From an uncultured Alphaproteobacteria bacterium (GTDB lineage Bacteria; Pseudomonadota; Alphaproteobacteria; Rhizobiales; Xanthobacteraceae), in contig CAVSWY010000020.1 in assembly GCA_963731805.1 (NCBI GenBank), positions 709,318 to 773,317 of the forward strand: a stretch of DNA of 64,000 nt, in the 5' to 3' direction. How positions within the stretch are numbered: position 1 is the first letter of the stretch; the number at the start of each line of letters is the position of its first letter. A model generated the notes under the pieces. That model made no database searches and had not been told where the DNA came from. It was given only the letters and a program-made list of their open reading frames with translations. The position numbers and the translations under genes are program-made. Below are positions 7,848 to 16,762 of the stretch, piece after piece.

Positions 7848-9107
7848 TCACAAGTCCGCGCCAGACGCGACCGTCGCTTCATCCGGCTCCGGCGGCTCTG
7901 TAATCCAGTCCGAGGACGGTCGGAGAGGCGGTGCTGTGCTGCCCCTGTCTCGTCGGTATTTGCCCTTGGCAAACCCGTGGCTCACGTTGTCGATAGTCCA
8001 GATACCAAGACGGATACCTTTGTCGAGATACTTCCGCGCCATCGGCTTCGAGACACCGTATTGGTCTGAGATTTCCTTTTGATTGATAAACTGGCCGTCG
8101 ATCAACCGTTCCTTTATGTCATCGAGCCGTTCGAGTTCCTCGGCCTCGAACTCCCACGTCAGCCGATCCGGCTCATTGAACTGTTCCTCACTGGTGAGTT
8201 TCGCAACAATGTCCCGAACCTTGCGTTTCGGCCCTCCCGCACGGACCTTATCCCATCGAACACGAAACTGAGCCGCGCCGTGCTCGGCTTCTTCCCTAAG
8301 TCGCTCAAGCAGGATGATCGTCTCGAACGTTGCGGCGAGTTTGCTAGAGCCTCGAAAGTCCCCGCCTGTCTTATTTGCATGATGGACGAGCATCGTGGCG
8401 ACGCCTTGGACCTTTAGGTTCAGCAGGAACTGCTGGATAGCATTGAAGCTCGATGCGGCGTTCTCGTCCTCCACTTCCCCAAGGGTAGAGAAGTTATCCA
8501 AGACGATGAGGTCGAATGGTCCCTTCCGTACTCGCTCCCCCATAAATGCCATCCCATCCTGCTCCGTAATCGATGGGAACAAAGCGCGCGGCGCTTGGTG
8601 CTGACGCGCCAAGAAGCAAAGGTTTTCGCCAACTCTCTCGCGGTTTAGCCCTGGCACAGCATTCAGCAGAAGACGTGCGCGCTCCTGAATGTCGGTAATG
8701 TGCATTTCACCGTCGACGTACAGCACTCGCCAGCCGTTGCTGGCTTTCCTCTCCTCCGGCTTCCAGCCGAGAAACGCCCCACCTCCCGCAATTGCCAAAG
8801 CCGCCGAAAGTGCAAACATGGACTTCCCGACACCCGTAGCCGAATAGACCATGCAACTCTCCTGCTCCCTCAGCCAAGGAAAGAGTAGATGCTGACGATC
8901 TTTGAAAGTGCTCGCGAGAAGCTGATTAAGACTGGGTATCTTCAACGTGGAAGTCTGTAGCTTCGACGGTACAGCCGGAGAGGCCCCCGAAGGGGTCCAA
9001 ACAATCGTGGACGAACCGTCCGGGGCATCTGCGCCCTTTCTTTGGTTCCCCCAATCAGGAACGACGCTGGTTCCGGGGGGCGGATTAGCAGGCGTGGCTC
9101 CCGTCAT
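7848..9107 (-). CDS. RepA/DnaB-like AAA_25 family ATPase with C-terminal HTH-like region
   Basis: Walker A is SATGVGKS and Walker B is LIVLDNF, with HHANK downstream, a pattern typical of RecA-fold RepA-like ATPases of integrative elements. GAGGA lies upstream of the ATG at 9107. Confidence 0.75.
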   Translation of the reverse strand: MTGATPANPPPGTSVVPDWGNQRKGADAPDGSSTIVWTPSGASPAVPSKLQTSTLKIPSLNQLLASTFKDRQHLLFPWLREQESCMVYSATGVGKSMFALSAALAIAGGGAFLGWKPEERKASNGWRVLYVDGEMHITDIQERARLLLNAVPGLNRERVGENLCFLARQHQAPRALFPSITEQDGMAFMGERVRKGPFDLIVLDNFSTLGEVEDENAASSFNAIQQFLLNLKVQGVATMLVHHANKTGGDFRGSSKLAATFETIILLERLREEAEHGAAQFRVRWDKVRAGGPKRKVRDIVAKLTSEEQFNEPDRLTWEFEAEELERLDDIKERLIDGQFINQKEISDQYGVSKPMARKYLDKGIRLGIWTIDNVSHGFAKGKYRRDRGSTAPPLRPSSDWITEPPEPDEATVASGADL

Positions 9108-9268
9108 GTTTCATCCTCGAAATTGCAAGAGAGTTCGGCGCGGTCCCCGAGGGGCAGAGAGCGGGGGGTGCTAGACAATGCGGAATGCACACCGACGATG
9201 CACTCGAACGCTGCCCATTGCCACCGTTCCGCGCGACAGACTGGAAAGCTTGCGCGGTGGTATGCTTG

Positions 9269-9282
9269 ACTGGTATCAAGCG
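9269..9282 (+). repeat. 14-bp direct repeat ACTGGTATCAAGCG, candidate integrase arm-type site (right)
   Basis: Exact copy of 3046..3059 in the same orientation. Confidence 0.4.
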
Positions 9283-9342
9283 CTCGGCAGGAAAAGACAA
9301 ATTCTTCAGGGGTTACAGTGCTTTCGTAAGGTCTCTGGGGCC

Positions 9343-9359
9343 TCCCTTCGGGCGCGCCA
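9343..9359 (+). repeat. attR core (TCCCTTCGGGCGCGCCA)
   Basis: Exact copy of the tRNA-Arg 3' end (2966..2982), with no tRNA body upstream of it. Confidence 0.8.
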
Positions 9360-9381
9360 AGTTTCCCGCCAAGTCTCCGGC

Positions 9382-9813
9382 TCAGACGATCCGCGCCAAG
9401 ACCTGTTCCAGCTTGGTAAAAAACTGCTGCCACCCCGCCTTGGCGCCGCCATAGGCCTGCTTCTGATCGGTGCGGAAGCCCGTCTGCTCCATGCGCAGGC
9501 GGGTGCCACTGCGCGTCGGGGTTAGCGTAAAGGTCACCACGCTCTGGAGATCAAAGGCCGCATCGGCATACGCAAAATTCCAGGTGTAGGAGAGCGTTTT
9601 GTTCGGCTCGACGGCGAGCACCTCGCAGTCCAATACGCCGCCCCATTCGCCGCGTAGATTGAAGCAATGGCCGACGACGGCATCGAAGTCGTTCTTCATC
9701 AGCCATTCCTCGATCAAATTCGGTTGCGTGAGCGCGCGCCAAATCTTTTCCGGCGGAAAAGGGATGTCCCGCTCGACAACGACGGAGCGCGTGTCGGCCG
9801 CGCTATCATTCAT
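9382..9813 (-). CDS. SRPBCC (Aha1/START-like) domain protein
   Basis: 143 aa. ERDIPFPPEKIWRALTQPNLIEEWLM is a typical SRPBCC/AHSA1 N-terminus. It is the last gene of an ArsR-VOC-SRPBCC operon. Confidence 0.8.
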   Translation of the reverse strand: MNDSAADTRSVVVERDIPFPPEKIWRALTQPNLIEEWLMKNDFDAVVGHCFNLRGEWGGVLDCEVLAVEPNKTLSYTWNFAYADAAFDLQSVVTFTLTPTRSGTRLRMEQTGFRTDQKQAYGGAKAGWQQFFTKLEQVLARIV

Positions 9814-9835
9814 CGATCAAGTCTCCTTGTCTGCC

Positions 9836-10228
9836 CTACCAGCGCGCCAACTGCGTGACTTGAACGAGGTTGCCGCAGGTGTCGTTGAGCTGGGCGATAG
9901 TCGAGCCGGTGACGTCGGTCGGCGGCATCTTGAATTCGCCGCCGCGGGCTTTGATGCGCTCGTAGTCGCCCTTGACGTCATCGGAAAAGAACATGACCGC
10001 AGGCTGGCCCTCCTGGAACAGGGCCTGCTGGTAGGCCTTGGCCGCCGGGTTGTCGTTGCGCGCCAGCTGCAGCTCGGTACCATCGGGCTCGTCGGGCGAG
10101 GTTACGGTTAGCCAGCGATATGGCCCGTTGCTGAAATCGGTCTTCTTGGTGAAGCCCAGCACATCGGTATAGAAGCGCAGAGCCTTGTCCTGGTCGTCGA
10201 CGTAGACACTGGTCAACTTGATCTTCAT
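9836..10228 (-). CDS. VOC (glyoxalase/bleomycin-resistance) family protein
   Basis: 130 aa. MKIKLTSVYVDDQDKALRFYTDVLGF is a typical VOC beta-alpha-beta-beta-beta start. Confidence 0.8.
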   Translation of the reverse strand: MKIKLTSVYVDDQDKALRFYTDVLGFTKKTDFSNGPYRWLTVTSPDEPDGTELQLARNDNPAAKAYQQALFQEGQPAVMFFSDDVKGDYERIKARGGEFKMPPTDVTGSTIAQLNDTCGNLVQVTQLARW

Positions 10229-10281
10229 TGGTATTTCCTCGGTTTGTCAGATAGGTGCGCGTACTCCGCACTCCTTGCCGC

Positions 10282-10605
10282 TCATTGGTCCATTCTCTTG
10301 AGCAGATCTTCGAGGCGGTCGAACCGGTTTTTCCAGAATCCGGCCATCTGGCTAGTCCAGTCGATCAGCGGCGCGAGTGCGCCGAGATGCGCGCTATAAT
10401 GCGTCTGGCGTCCTTCGTGGCGGTCGCGTACCAGCCCGGCCTCTTTTAAGAGCGCAAGATGCTTGGAGACGGCGGGCTGCGATATCCCGGCCTGCGCTGT
10501 GAGTGCCCCGACCGTCTGCTCGCCTCTGCGGCACAGGCGTTCGAACAGCGCCCGCCGCGTCGGATCGGCCAACGCCCTGAACAGCATGTCATTTGGGTTA
10601 GGCAT
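10282..10605 (-). CDS. ArsR/SmtB family transcriptional regulator
   Basis: FRALADPTRRALFERL followed by the wHTH segment VGALTAQAGISQPAVSKHLALLKEAGLV. The ATG at 10605 is preferred over the TTG at 10614. Confidence 0.85.
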   Translation of the reverse strand: MPNPNDMLFRALADPTRRALFERLCRRGEQTVGALTAQAGISQPAVSKHLALLKEAGLVRDRHEGRQTHYSAHLGALAPLIDWTSQMAGFWKNRFDRLEDLLKRMDQ

Positions 10606-10609
10606 CGCG

Positions 10610-10629
10610 ATCAATAACCAATAGGCTAT
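10610..10629. promoter_or_regulatory. candidate ArsR-type operator, copy 1 (ATCAATAACC-AATA-GGCTAT)
   Basis: It lies directly upstream of the arsR-like start. It shares 16 of 20 positions with the palindrome at 11189..11212. Confidence 0.45.
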
Positions 10630-10667
10630 AGAAAAACTAATCCCGGCCGGGAATTGAATCCGCGAGA

Positions 10668-11066
10668 CTACCTTTGGGCTCTGGTCTTGTTCAGGGTTAC
10701 GGCGGCGCGAATGAGAGTCTTCAGCGCCTTCTCATCTATCTTCTCGCCCTCGTGGAAGTCGATGGCGCGCCTTGTGTTGCCTTCAAGACTGGAGTTGAAG
10801 AGGCGCGAAGGATCCTTCAACGCCGCCCCTTTGGCGAAGGTCATCTTCACGATGTTTTTATAGGTCTCGCCGGTGCAGATCATTCCCTCGTGCGACCACA
10901 CCGGAACTCCACGCCACTTCCACTCTTCCACGACTTCGGGATCGGCTTCCTTGACCAAGGTTCGCAGCCGGCTGAGCATCTTGCCCCGCCAATCGCCGAG
11001 CTCCTCGATTCGCGCGTCGATCAGTTGAGAAGGGGATTTGTCTTTCCGCAGGCCGTCCTTCTTCAT
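10668..11066 (-). CDS. DUF1801 (YdhG-like) domain protein
   Basis: The pattern ...LGDWRGKMLSRLRTLVKEADPEVVEEWKWRGVPVWSHEGMICTGETYKNIVKMTF... is typical of DUF1801. The start is set at the internal ATG 11066. Confidence 0.7.
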   Translation of the reverse strand: MKKDGLRKDKSPSQLIDARIEELGDWRGKMLSRLRTLVKEADPEVVEEWKWRGVPVWSHEGMICTGETYKNIVKMTFAKGAALKDPSRLFNSSLEGNTRRAIDFHEGEKIDEKALKTLIRAAVTLNKTRAQR

Positions 11067-11188
11067 GCCTGTTTCCACCGCTGGATGCCGAGGTTTTGAT
11101 AAATAGCGGACATCGCCAAAAGAGCCTTGCCGGGAGAGCCTGCGGAGGCAGATCGACAAGCGGGCATGTCGCGGGCGTTCAGCATCAC

Positions 11189-11212
11189 AATCAATAACCT
11201 TATGGCTATTGA
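11189..11212. promoter_or_regulatory. candidate operator palindrome, copy 2 (ATCAATAACC-TTAT-GGCTATTGAT)
   Basis: ATCAATA and TATTGAT form inverted arms. It lies about 120 bp upstream of the DUF1801 gene start. Confidence 0.4.
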
Positions 11213-11391
11213 TTTATAGTCGTTGAGATATCCGTGAGTCAAGGCGGCCGCCAGCCGCCAACCGCAGCCGCGAGCCAAACTGCGGCGTTAATCTTAACTC
11301 CGCACCACCGCCGACATAGTTTAGCCGCGCGATCGCGGCTTTTGCCGGCTAAGCCCTGTCGGTGCTAAGCTGCGGCGTCGGGGGACGGATT

Positions 11392-12282
11392 ATGAGTCGG
11401 CGCGAGCCTGGGACAGCAAGCAGGACCATTCTGCTATTCGCAGGATTTCTCTGCGCTGTTGCAATCTTTCCGGCGACGCTGCACGAGCAGTCCGATGCGG
11501 ATATCGTTCAATCAAATTCGTTCCGGCGCGGCGATAAAGAACGCCCGAAACTGGAAAGCATCGCCGCTGTATTTTCACAAATAGAACAGGCGGCATCGCG
11601 GGTCGCCCACTCCTTTGACTTGACGCCGCGCCCGAAGGATCTCTCCTACCTCGCCGATTATGCTTATTCCGAAGTTCCACCCGACACGAATCCGGCGGAA
11701 ATTGTTTTGCAGTCGCTTGCGGACATTCCAGTCGGAACGCCGATCGACGAGATCAAGCTGGCATCGGACGCTTTCGGCCTGGATTTCACCTTCATGAAGG
11801 CTGTCGCCAGGATCGAATCCGACTTCGATCCCAAGCAGCGGACCGGTTCCTATATCGGGCTTTTTCAGCTCAGCAATTACGAGTTTGCCAGGTTTGGTTC
11901 CGGCGACATCACCAGCCCGCGCGACAATGCCGTAGCTGCGGCCTACAAATTCGCCACCGCGGCCGCCCTGTTCAAAATCGACACCCACATCAAGCCGACG
12001 TTGTTCGATCTCTATTTGATTCACCAGCAAGGATGGCAGGGCGCGGCAGAGCACATCAGCCATCCCGAGCGCATTGCCTGGCAGTCGATGTGCGCGACCG
12101 ATGAAGGCCACGACAAGGGTGAGAAATGGTGCAAGCGCGCCATTTGGCAAAATACGCTGCCCGACATCAAACGAATCTATAAGTCGGTCGAAAATCTCAC
12201 CTCGGGCGCCTTTACCGACATGTGGCGCCAGCGGCTGGCGATGTTTTATTCGCGCTATTCGGAGACGGTTTCCGCGAAATGA
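11392..12282 (+). CDS. membrane-anchored lytic transglycosylase-like (SLT-type) protein
   Basis: N-terminal hydrophobic anchor ILLFAGFLCAVAIF. VARIESDFDPKQRTGSYIGLFQLS resembles the SLT catalytic block (E-S...G-L-x-Q). GGGGACGG lies upstream of the ATG at 11392. Confidence 0.5.
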   Translation: MSRREPGTASRTILLFAGFLCAVAIFPATLHEQSDADIVQSNSFRRGDKERPKLESIAAVFSQIEQAASRVAHSFDLTPRPKDLSYLADYAYSEVPPDTNPAEIVLQSLADIPVGTPIDEIKLASDAFGLDFTFMKAVARIESDFDPKQRTGSYIGLFQLSNYEFARFGSGDITSPRDNAVAAAYKFATAAALFKIDTHIKPTLFDLYLIHQQGWQGAAEHISHPERIAWQSMCATDEGHDKGEKWCKRAIWQNTLPDIKRIYKSVENLTSGAFTDMWRQRLAMFYSRYSETVSAK

Positions 12283-12352
12283 ATTGACGGCACCGTGACG
12301 CCGAACTTCGCGTCCGCGGCGCTGCCATCTACCGGTAAATAATCGATGCCGG

Positions 12353-13161
12353 CTAGCCGAGCAGGAAGCCGCCGTCCACGGTCAACGATGCACCGGTGGT
12401 ATAGGCGGAACGATCCGAACAGAGAAAAAGCACCGCCTCGGCGATCTCTTAGGCACTGCCGATGCGGCCGAGCGCGATATTCGCCACGATGGATTGCGTG
12501 TTGAATGCCGAGCCCGCCGCGGCGGCCTTGCGTAAGAATCCTTCGAGCATCGGCGTCTTGGTCGGTCCGGGCGCCACTTCATTGACGCGGATGCGGTATT
12601 TTGCGGTTTCCGTGGCCGCGGTCCGCGCGTCAGCGAACGCGCAGCGCTCTTGCTGGCGTTATACAGACTGTTTCCCAAATCGGTCATTTGCGCCGCCACC
12701 GATCCGACATTGACAATGGCACCGCCTGTCTTGCGCATCGCCAGTATCTCGTGCTTGAGGCAGAAGAAAAGCCCCCTGACATTGGGATCGAATATCGCGT
12801 CGTAGTCGGACTCGGAAAATTCCGTGAGCGCCTTGGCGATGTCATTGCCGGCGCAATTGGCCGCGCAGTCGAGCCGGCCGTAGCGGGACATGATCTGGCC
12901 GACGACGCCTGCGACCTCGCTTTCGACGGCAATATCGAGCGGGAGAAATATTCCCTCGCCGCCGTCGGCCCGGATCAGGTCGAGCGTCTCGGCGCCCTCT
13001 TTGGCACGGCGTCCGGTGACAACGACCGTGGCTCCCTGTTTGCCGAAGGCGACGGCGGTCGCACGGCCAATGCCCGATGTAGCGCCAGTAACCAGCGCAA
13101 CTTTACCTTGAAATAGTGTCACGCGGATACCGTGTAATGCCGGCGGACCTAAAAGTGCCAT
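12353..13161 (-). pseudogene. short-chain dehydrogenase/reductase (SDR), disrupted by a frameshift and an in-frame TAA
   Basis: The N-terminal two thirds are intact (GKVALVTGATSGIGRA, NVGS, YNASKSA). Near 12621..12633 the SDR-like sequence (TAATETAKYRIRVNEVAPGPTKTPM...) continues in another frame. That frame then hits TAA at 12451..12449, inside IGSA*EIAEAVLFLCSD. The original stop is at 12355..12353. Confidence 0.75.
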
Positions 13162-13359
13162 CGGCAGCTTTGCCGCGGGCGGCGTGGCGAAGCAAGAGCG
13201 CAAGATTTAGGGTCAAGGGAGCGTTAGCAAGATGCGCAAAACAGCGGCGTCACCGGAGACATTAACGTTTGACCTCGCCGACCATTCGACGATCGGTAAC
13301 GCTTGACCGGTAGAAGGCTAGGCGGTGGGCGTTGCCCGCAAGCCACGACCTAGGCGGCC

Positions 13360-13680
13360 ATGAATTTGGACGATGTAGACGACGGTGCGGATCGCAGGGA
13401 CGTGCAGCGCACCAAGGTGCTGCGCAACGCCAAGATCATTGCGCCACGGCATGCCTCGGTCATTCATTGCACAGTGCAGAACATCACCTCCGGCGGCGCC
13501 TGCCTCAAACTGGCCAACACCTACGGCGTGCCGGAAAGTTTCGAACTTACCTTCGAGCACGGGCGCACTCGACGTCCCTGCCGCGTTGTCTGGCGCACGC
13601 CCGATTTGCTGGGCGTGGCCTTCATCCCTGAACCGGCGGGACCGGTGATCGGCGCGATCACGCTGCGTAACCCGGGTTGA
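13360..13680 (+). CDS. PilZ domain protein
   Basis: 106 aa. RRDVQR (RxxxR) followed by NITSGGACL (D/N-x-S-x-x-G-like) is the c-di-GMP-binding PilZ signature. Confidence 0.7.
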   Translation: MNLDDVDDGADRRDVQRTKVLRNAKIIAPRHASVIHCTVQNITSGGACLKLANTYGVPESFELTFEHGRTRRPCRVVWRTPDLLGVAFIPEPAGPVIGAITLRNPG

Positions 13681-13868
13681 GCAGAGCGAAAGTCGGGTAC
13701 GGATCGCCACGCTTTCAAACCGCTCCCGGGTTCGCTGCGCCGAAACCCGGCATCAGGTGACGGTTTTTAAGCCTTCCGGCCAAGCGACCAAGATGTTCAC
13801 CGCGACCGATCTGCGGTACTCTTGCGCGGCCGCACGGCCCGGGTATTCGCTGACCAGGAAAAACCACG

Positions 13869-14069
13869 ATGACCAACGGCAGTTCGCTTTCGCTCCCCGA
13901 ACTCGAAGACCGCATCGCCATTCTGCGCGACAATATCCGGCAGCTGATCGAGCAGGCGGCGGCCTTCTCCGGCGCCGAGGACGAGGATCGCAATGCCGAC
14001 CGTCTCGCGCGGCAAAACGAAGAGCTGGAACGGCTGACCAAGCAACGGGACGCGCTGCTGAAGAAGTAA
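13869..14069 (+). CDS. small coiled-coil protein of unknown function (66 aa)
   Basis: The ORF has strongly GC-biased third positions and a heptad-like charged sequence. No family recognised. Confidence 0.5.
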   Translation: MTNGSSLSLPELEDRIAILRDNIRQLIEQAAAFSGAEDEDRNADRLARQNEELERLTKQRDALLKK

Positions 14070-14073
14070 TTCA

Positions 14074-14097
14074 CCTCTTCCCGCAAGCGGGGAGAGG
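14074..14097. terminator. GC-rich hairpin between convergent genes (CCTCTTCCCGC-AA-GCGGGGAGAGG)
   Basis: Stem of about 10 bp sited between the stop at 14069 (+) and the stop at 14106 (-). There is no clear U-tract. Confidence 0.4.
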
Positions 14098-14105
14098 GAG
14101 ATAGC

Positions 14106-15083
14106 TCACTCGGCGTGCAGGCCGGCGTCTTTGATCACCTTCGACCACGTCGCCATTTCCGACTTGAAGAACGCTTCGCATTCCTGCGGCGAATTGCCGA
14201 TGCCCACATAGGCCATCGCCGCCAGTTTCGCTTTGATGTCCGGCTGCGCCAGGCCGGCGACGATCAGGTTGTTAAGCTTGGCGACGATGTCCTTCGGCGT
14301 CCCCGCCGGCGCCACCACCGCGGTCCAGGTCGCGCCCACCACTTCGGGGAATCCCGCCTCCGCCATGGTCGGGACGTCGGGCAGCGTCGGCGCGCGCTCT
14401 TTTCCAGTAACGGCGAGCGCGCGCAAGCCGCCGCTCTTGATCAGCGGTAGCGCCGGCGCCAGCGCGCCGAACGAGATCGGCGTATGCCCGCCGACCGTAG
14501 CCTCGACTGCCGGCTCGCCGCCGCCGAACGGCACATGCACGAGATCGAGATTTAACGCATGCGCAAACAGCGAGCCGACGAGCTGCGGCGGCGTACCGGT
14601 GCCCGGCGACGCGAAACTGTATTTGCCTGGATTGGCCCTGATCAGATCGACCAGTTCCTTGACTGTGTGCGCCGGCACCGACGGATTGACCGCCAGCACC
14701 ACGGGCGTCGATGAACCGAGCGTGACCGCGTCAAAATCCTTTAGCGGATCGTAGCCCGCGTGACTGAACAGATACGGGTTGTTGGTGATGTTGCCGCCCG
14801 TCACCAGAAACGTGTAGCCGTCCGGCGCCGACTGTGCCGCGCGCACCGCGCCGACATTGCCGCCGGCGCCGGGCACGTTCTCGATAAAGAAATTCTTGCC
14901 GGTCTGGGCCGTGAGGCTTTGCGCGATCAGCCGCGCGAACAGATCAGTCGGGCCGCCCGGCGCGAAGCCGACGATCAACTTCACCGGCCGCGCCGGCCAG
15001 GCGTCGGCAAGAGCCGTATTCGTGGCCGCGCCCGCGAGTCCGGCCGCAATCAGGCAAGCCGCCAAAACGATATATTTTCTCAT
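14106..15083 (-). CDS. Bug/TctC family tripartite tricarboxylate transporter substrate-binding protein
   Basis: 325 aa with a signal peptide. WPARPVKLIVGFAPGGPTDLFARL is the characteristic Bug-family start. Confidence 0.85.
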   Translation of the reverse strand: MRKYIVLAACLIAAGLAGAATNTALADAWPARPVKLIVGFAPGGPTDLFARLIAQSLTAQTGKNFFIENVPGAGGNVGAVRAAQSAPDGYTFLVTGGNITNNPYLFSHAGYDPLKDFDAVTLGSSTPVVLAVNPSVPAHTVKELVDLIRANPGKYSFASPGTGTPPQLVGSLFAHALNLDLVHVPFGGGEPAVEATVGGHTPISFGALAPALPLIKSGGLRALAVTGKERAPTLPDVPTMAEAGFPEVVGATWTAVVAPAGTPKDIVAKLNNLIVAGLAQPDIKAKLAAMAYVGIGNSPQECEAFFKSEMATWSKVIKDAGLHAE

Positions 15084-15111
15084 GTGATGTCCCCTCCCAA
15101 CGCCTTGTGCG

Positions 15112-15459
15112 TTACCTCAACCTATAAAGCGCATGCTGCCGGTTGCGGGTGAACGGCCGCACCTGACTGGGCCATCGTCCCGCTTCGGCGGCCTTCGCCC
15201 ATTCCGGGCTCACCAAGACATGCGGACCGTCGATCTCATAGAGCGCGCTGTGGCGCGGGCCGTCATGCGGAATGCGCTTGTCCTCGCCGCCGATGCTGAT
15301 CGCGAATGGCTCACCCTCCATGCGCGCAACCGCGTGCACGCCCGGCACCTTCAGCAGGTTGGGCACGTGCTCGGTGTCGTAGACCTCGTTGAACAGCGCC
15401 TCCTTGTCGGGATCGACATCCATCGAGGCGACGAACAGATATTTGGATTTGATCGGCAT
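15112..15459 (-). CDS. small alpha/beta (EthD/DUF4286-like) protein
   Basis: 115 aa. YLFVASMDVDPDKEALFNEVYDTEHVPNLLKVPGV resembles dimeric alpha/beta-barrel families. The family assignment is tentative. Confidence 0.5.
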   Translation of the reverse strand: MPIKSKYLFVASMDVDPDKEALFNEVYDTEHVPNLLKVPGVHAVARMEGEPFAISIGGEDKRIPHDGPRHSALYEIDGPHVLVSPEWAKAAEAGRWPSQVRPFTRNRQHALYRLR

Positions 15460-15509
15460 GGCACACCATTTGTTTTCAGTAGCCCGGATGAGCGCAGCGA
15501 CATCCGGGA

Positions 15510-16400
15510 TCAGAACGGCCGGTCGCCGAGGATCGTGCAGCGGCGCATCACGCGCTTCAAACGGGCTTCATCGAAGCCGGTGGCGCGATGCAAGAGGCAG
15601 CGGTTGTCCCACACGATGCACTGGCGCGGCGTCCAGCGATGGCTGTAGACGCGCGACGGCGGCGTGATCATCTCGTTCAACTCCTCGATCAGCGCGCGAC
15701 CCGCGTCGTAAGCCATGCCCTCGATGGATTCGGCGTGGTCGCCGAGAAAAATCGCTTTGCGTCCGGTCTCGGGATGGCTGCGCACGATCGGATGCGCGAC
15801 CGGCGGCACCTTGGCCTTTTGCTGCGCCGTCAGCGGCGCCTCGCCGTGCCGCCGGGTGCGCGAGAAGTCTAAATTATGGATGGCGCGCCGGCCGTCGATC
15901 CGCGACTTCATCGCGGCGGGCAGTAAATCGTAAGCCGAATACATGTCGGCGAATTGCGTTTCGCCGCCCACCTCCGGCACGATTTCGGAATACATCATCG
16001 TGGCCTGCCCGGTGTGCTCGCGCCAGGAGCCGTCGGTGTGCCAAAACAGCGTGCCTTTGTCCGGATGCCTGCCACTCGGATTGCCGTCGGCGTCGAGGTT
16101 GGACAAGAAGTAGATTTCCGGATGGTCCTTGGTGCCGTAATGCTCGCTGAGCACGTGGACCTGCACCTCGCCGAAATTGCGCGCGAAGGCGACCTGCGTC
16201 GCCTGCGGCAGGTCGACGTCGCGGAACAGAATGAGCTGATAGTCGAGGAAGGCCTCGTAGACCTTGGCGAACAGCGCCGGCGACACCGCCTGTTCCAGCG
16301 TGATGCCGGCGATCTCGCAGCCGAGCACCGGATGCAGCGGCTTGACCTGGAACGGCCAATCGCGTGCCGCGCCTTGCGGCTTGAGCTGGGCCTGCGCCAT
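15510..16400 (-). CDS. TauD/TfdA family Fe(II)/2-oxoglutarate dioxygenase
   Basis: WHTDGSW (H-x-D) and a C-terminal ...HRATGF.. block are present. GGAGGAGG lies upstream of the ATG at 16400. Confidence 0.85.
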   Translation of the reverse strand: MAQAQLKPQGAARDWPFQVKPLHPVLGCEIAGITLEQAVSPALFAKVYEAFLDYQLILFRDVDLPQATQVAFARNFGEVQVHVLSEHYGTKDHPEIYFLSNLDADGNPSGRHPDKGTLFWHTDGSWREHTGQATMMYSEIVPEVGGETQFADMYSAYDLLPAAMKSRIDGRRAIHNLDFSRTRRHGEAPLTAQQKAKVPPVAHPIVRSHPETGRKAIFLGDHAESIEGMAYDAGRALIEELNEMITPPSRVYSHRWTPRQCIVWDNRCLLHRATGFDEARLKRVMRRCTILGDRPF

Positions 16401-16762
16401 GACCTCCTCCCCGGACAATTTTGGCGATTATGGCCTGCCCTCGCACTCCCTTCCTAGCAGAATCCGCCTTTTCGACGGGCGATCTCCCCCGCGCGTTAAC
16501 CATTGAGTGCAATTTCCGGGGCGTTTCCACCCCAAGAATGCCACGGAGCCGCCCATTTACTGCCGCTTAAGATTAGCATTGCATTGAGGATTAGCGTTGC
16601 ATTCTCGCATCAGGGGTCACGGGTGGTGAGGGACAGATGAGGACGGCGAAACGGGGTTCGCGGGCGTTCAAACTCTTTAAGCGGGCACGATCGGGTGGCC
16701 TCCCACGGCCGCGGCGCACCGCGGCTTTCCGCTAAGCAATCTCAGCAACGTAACACACAGCC

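Noticed and set aside
9104-9433. 109-aa minus-strand ORF spanning attR. I also considered other short ORFs in 9108..9342 as possible excisionase genes.
   Set aside because: The ORF crosses the island boundary and overlaps the SRPBCC gene region. I saw no HTH/AlpA-like sequence and no SD.
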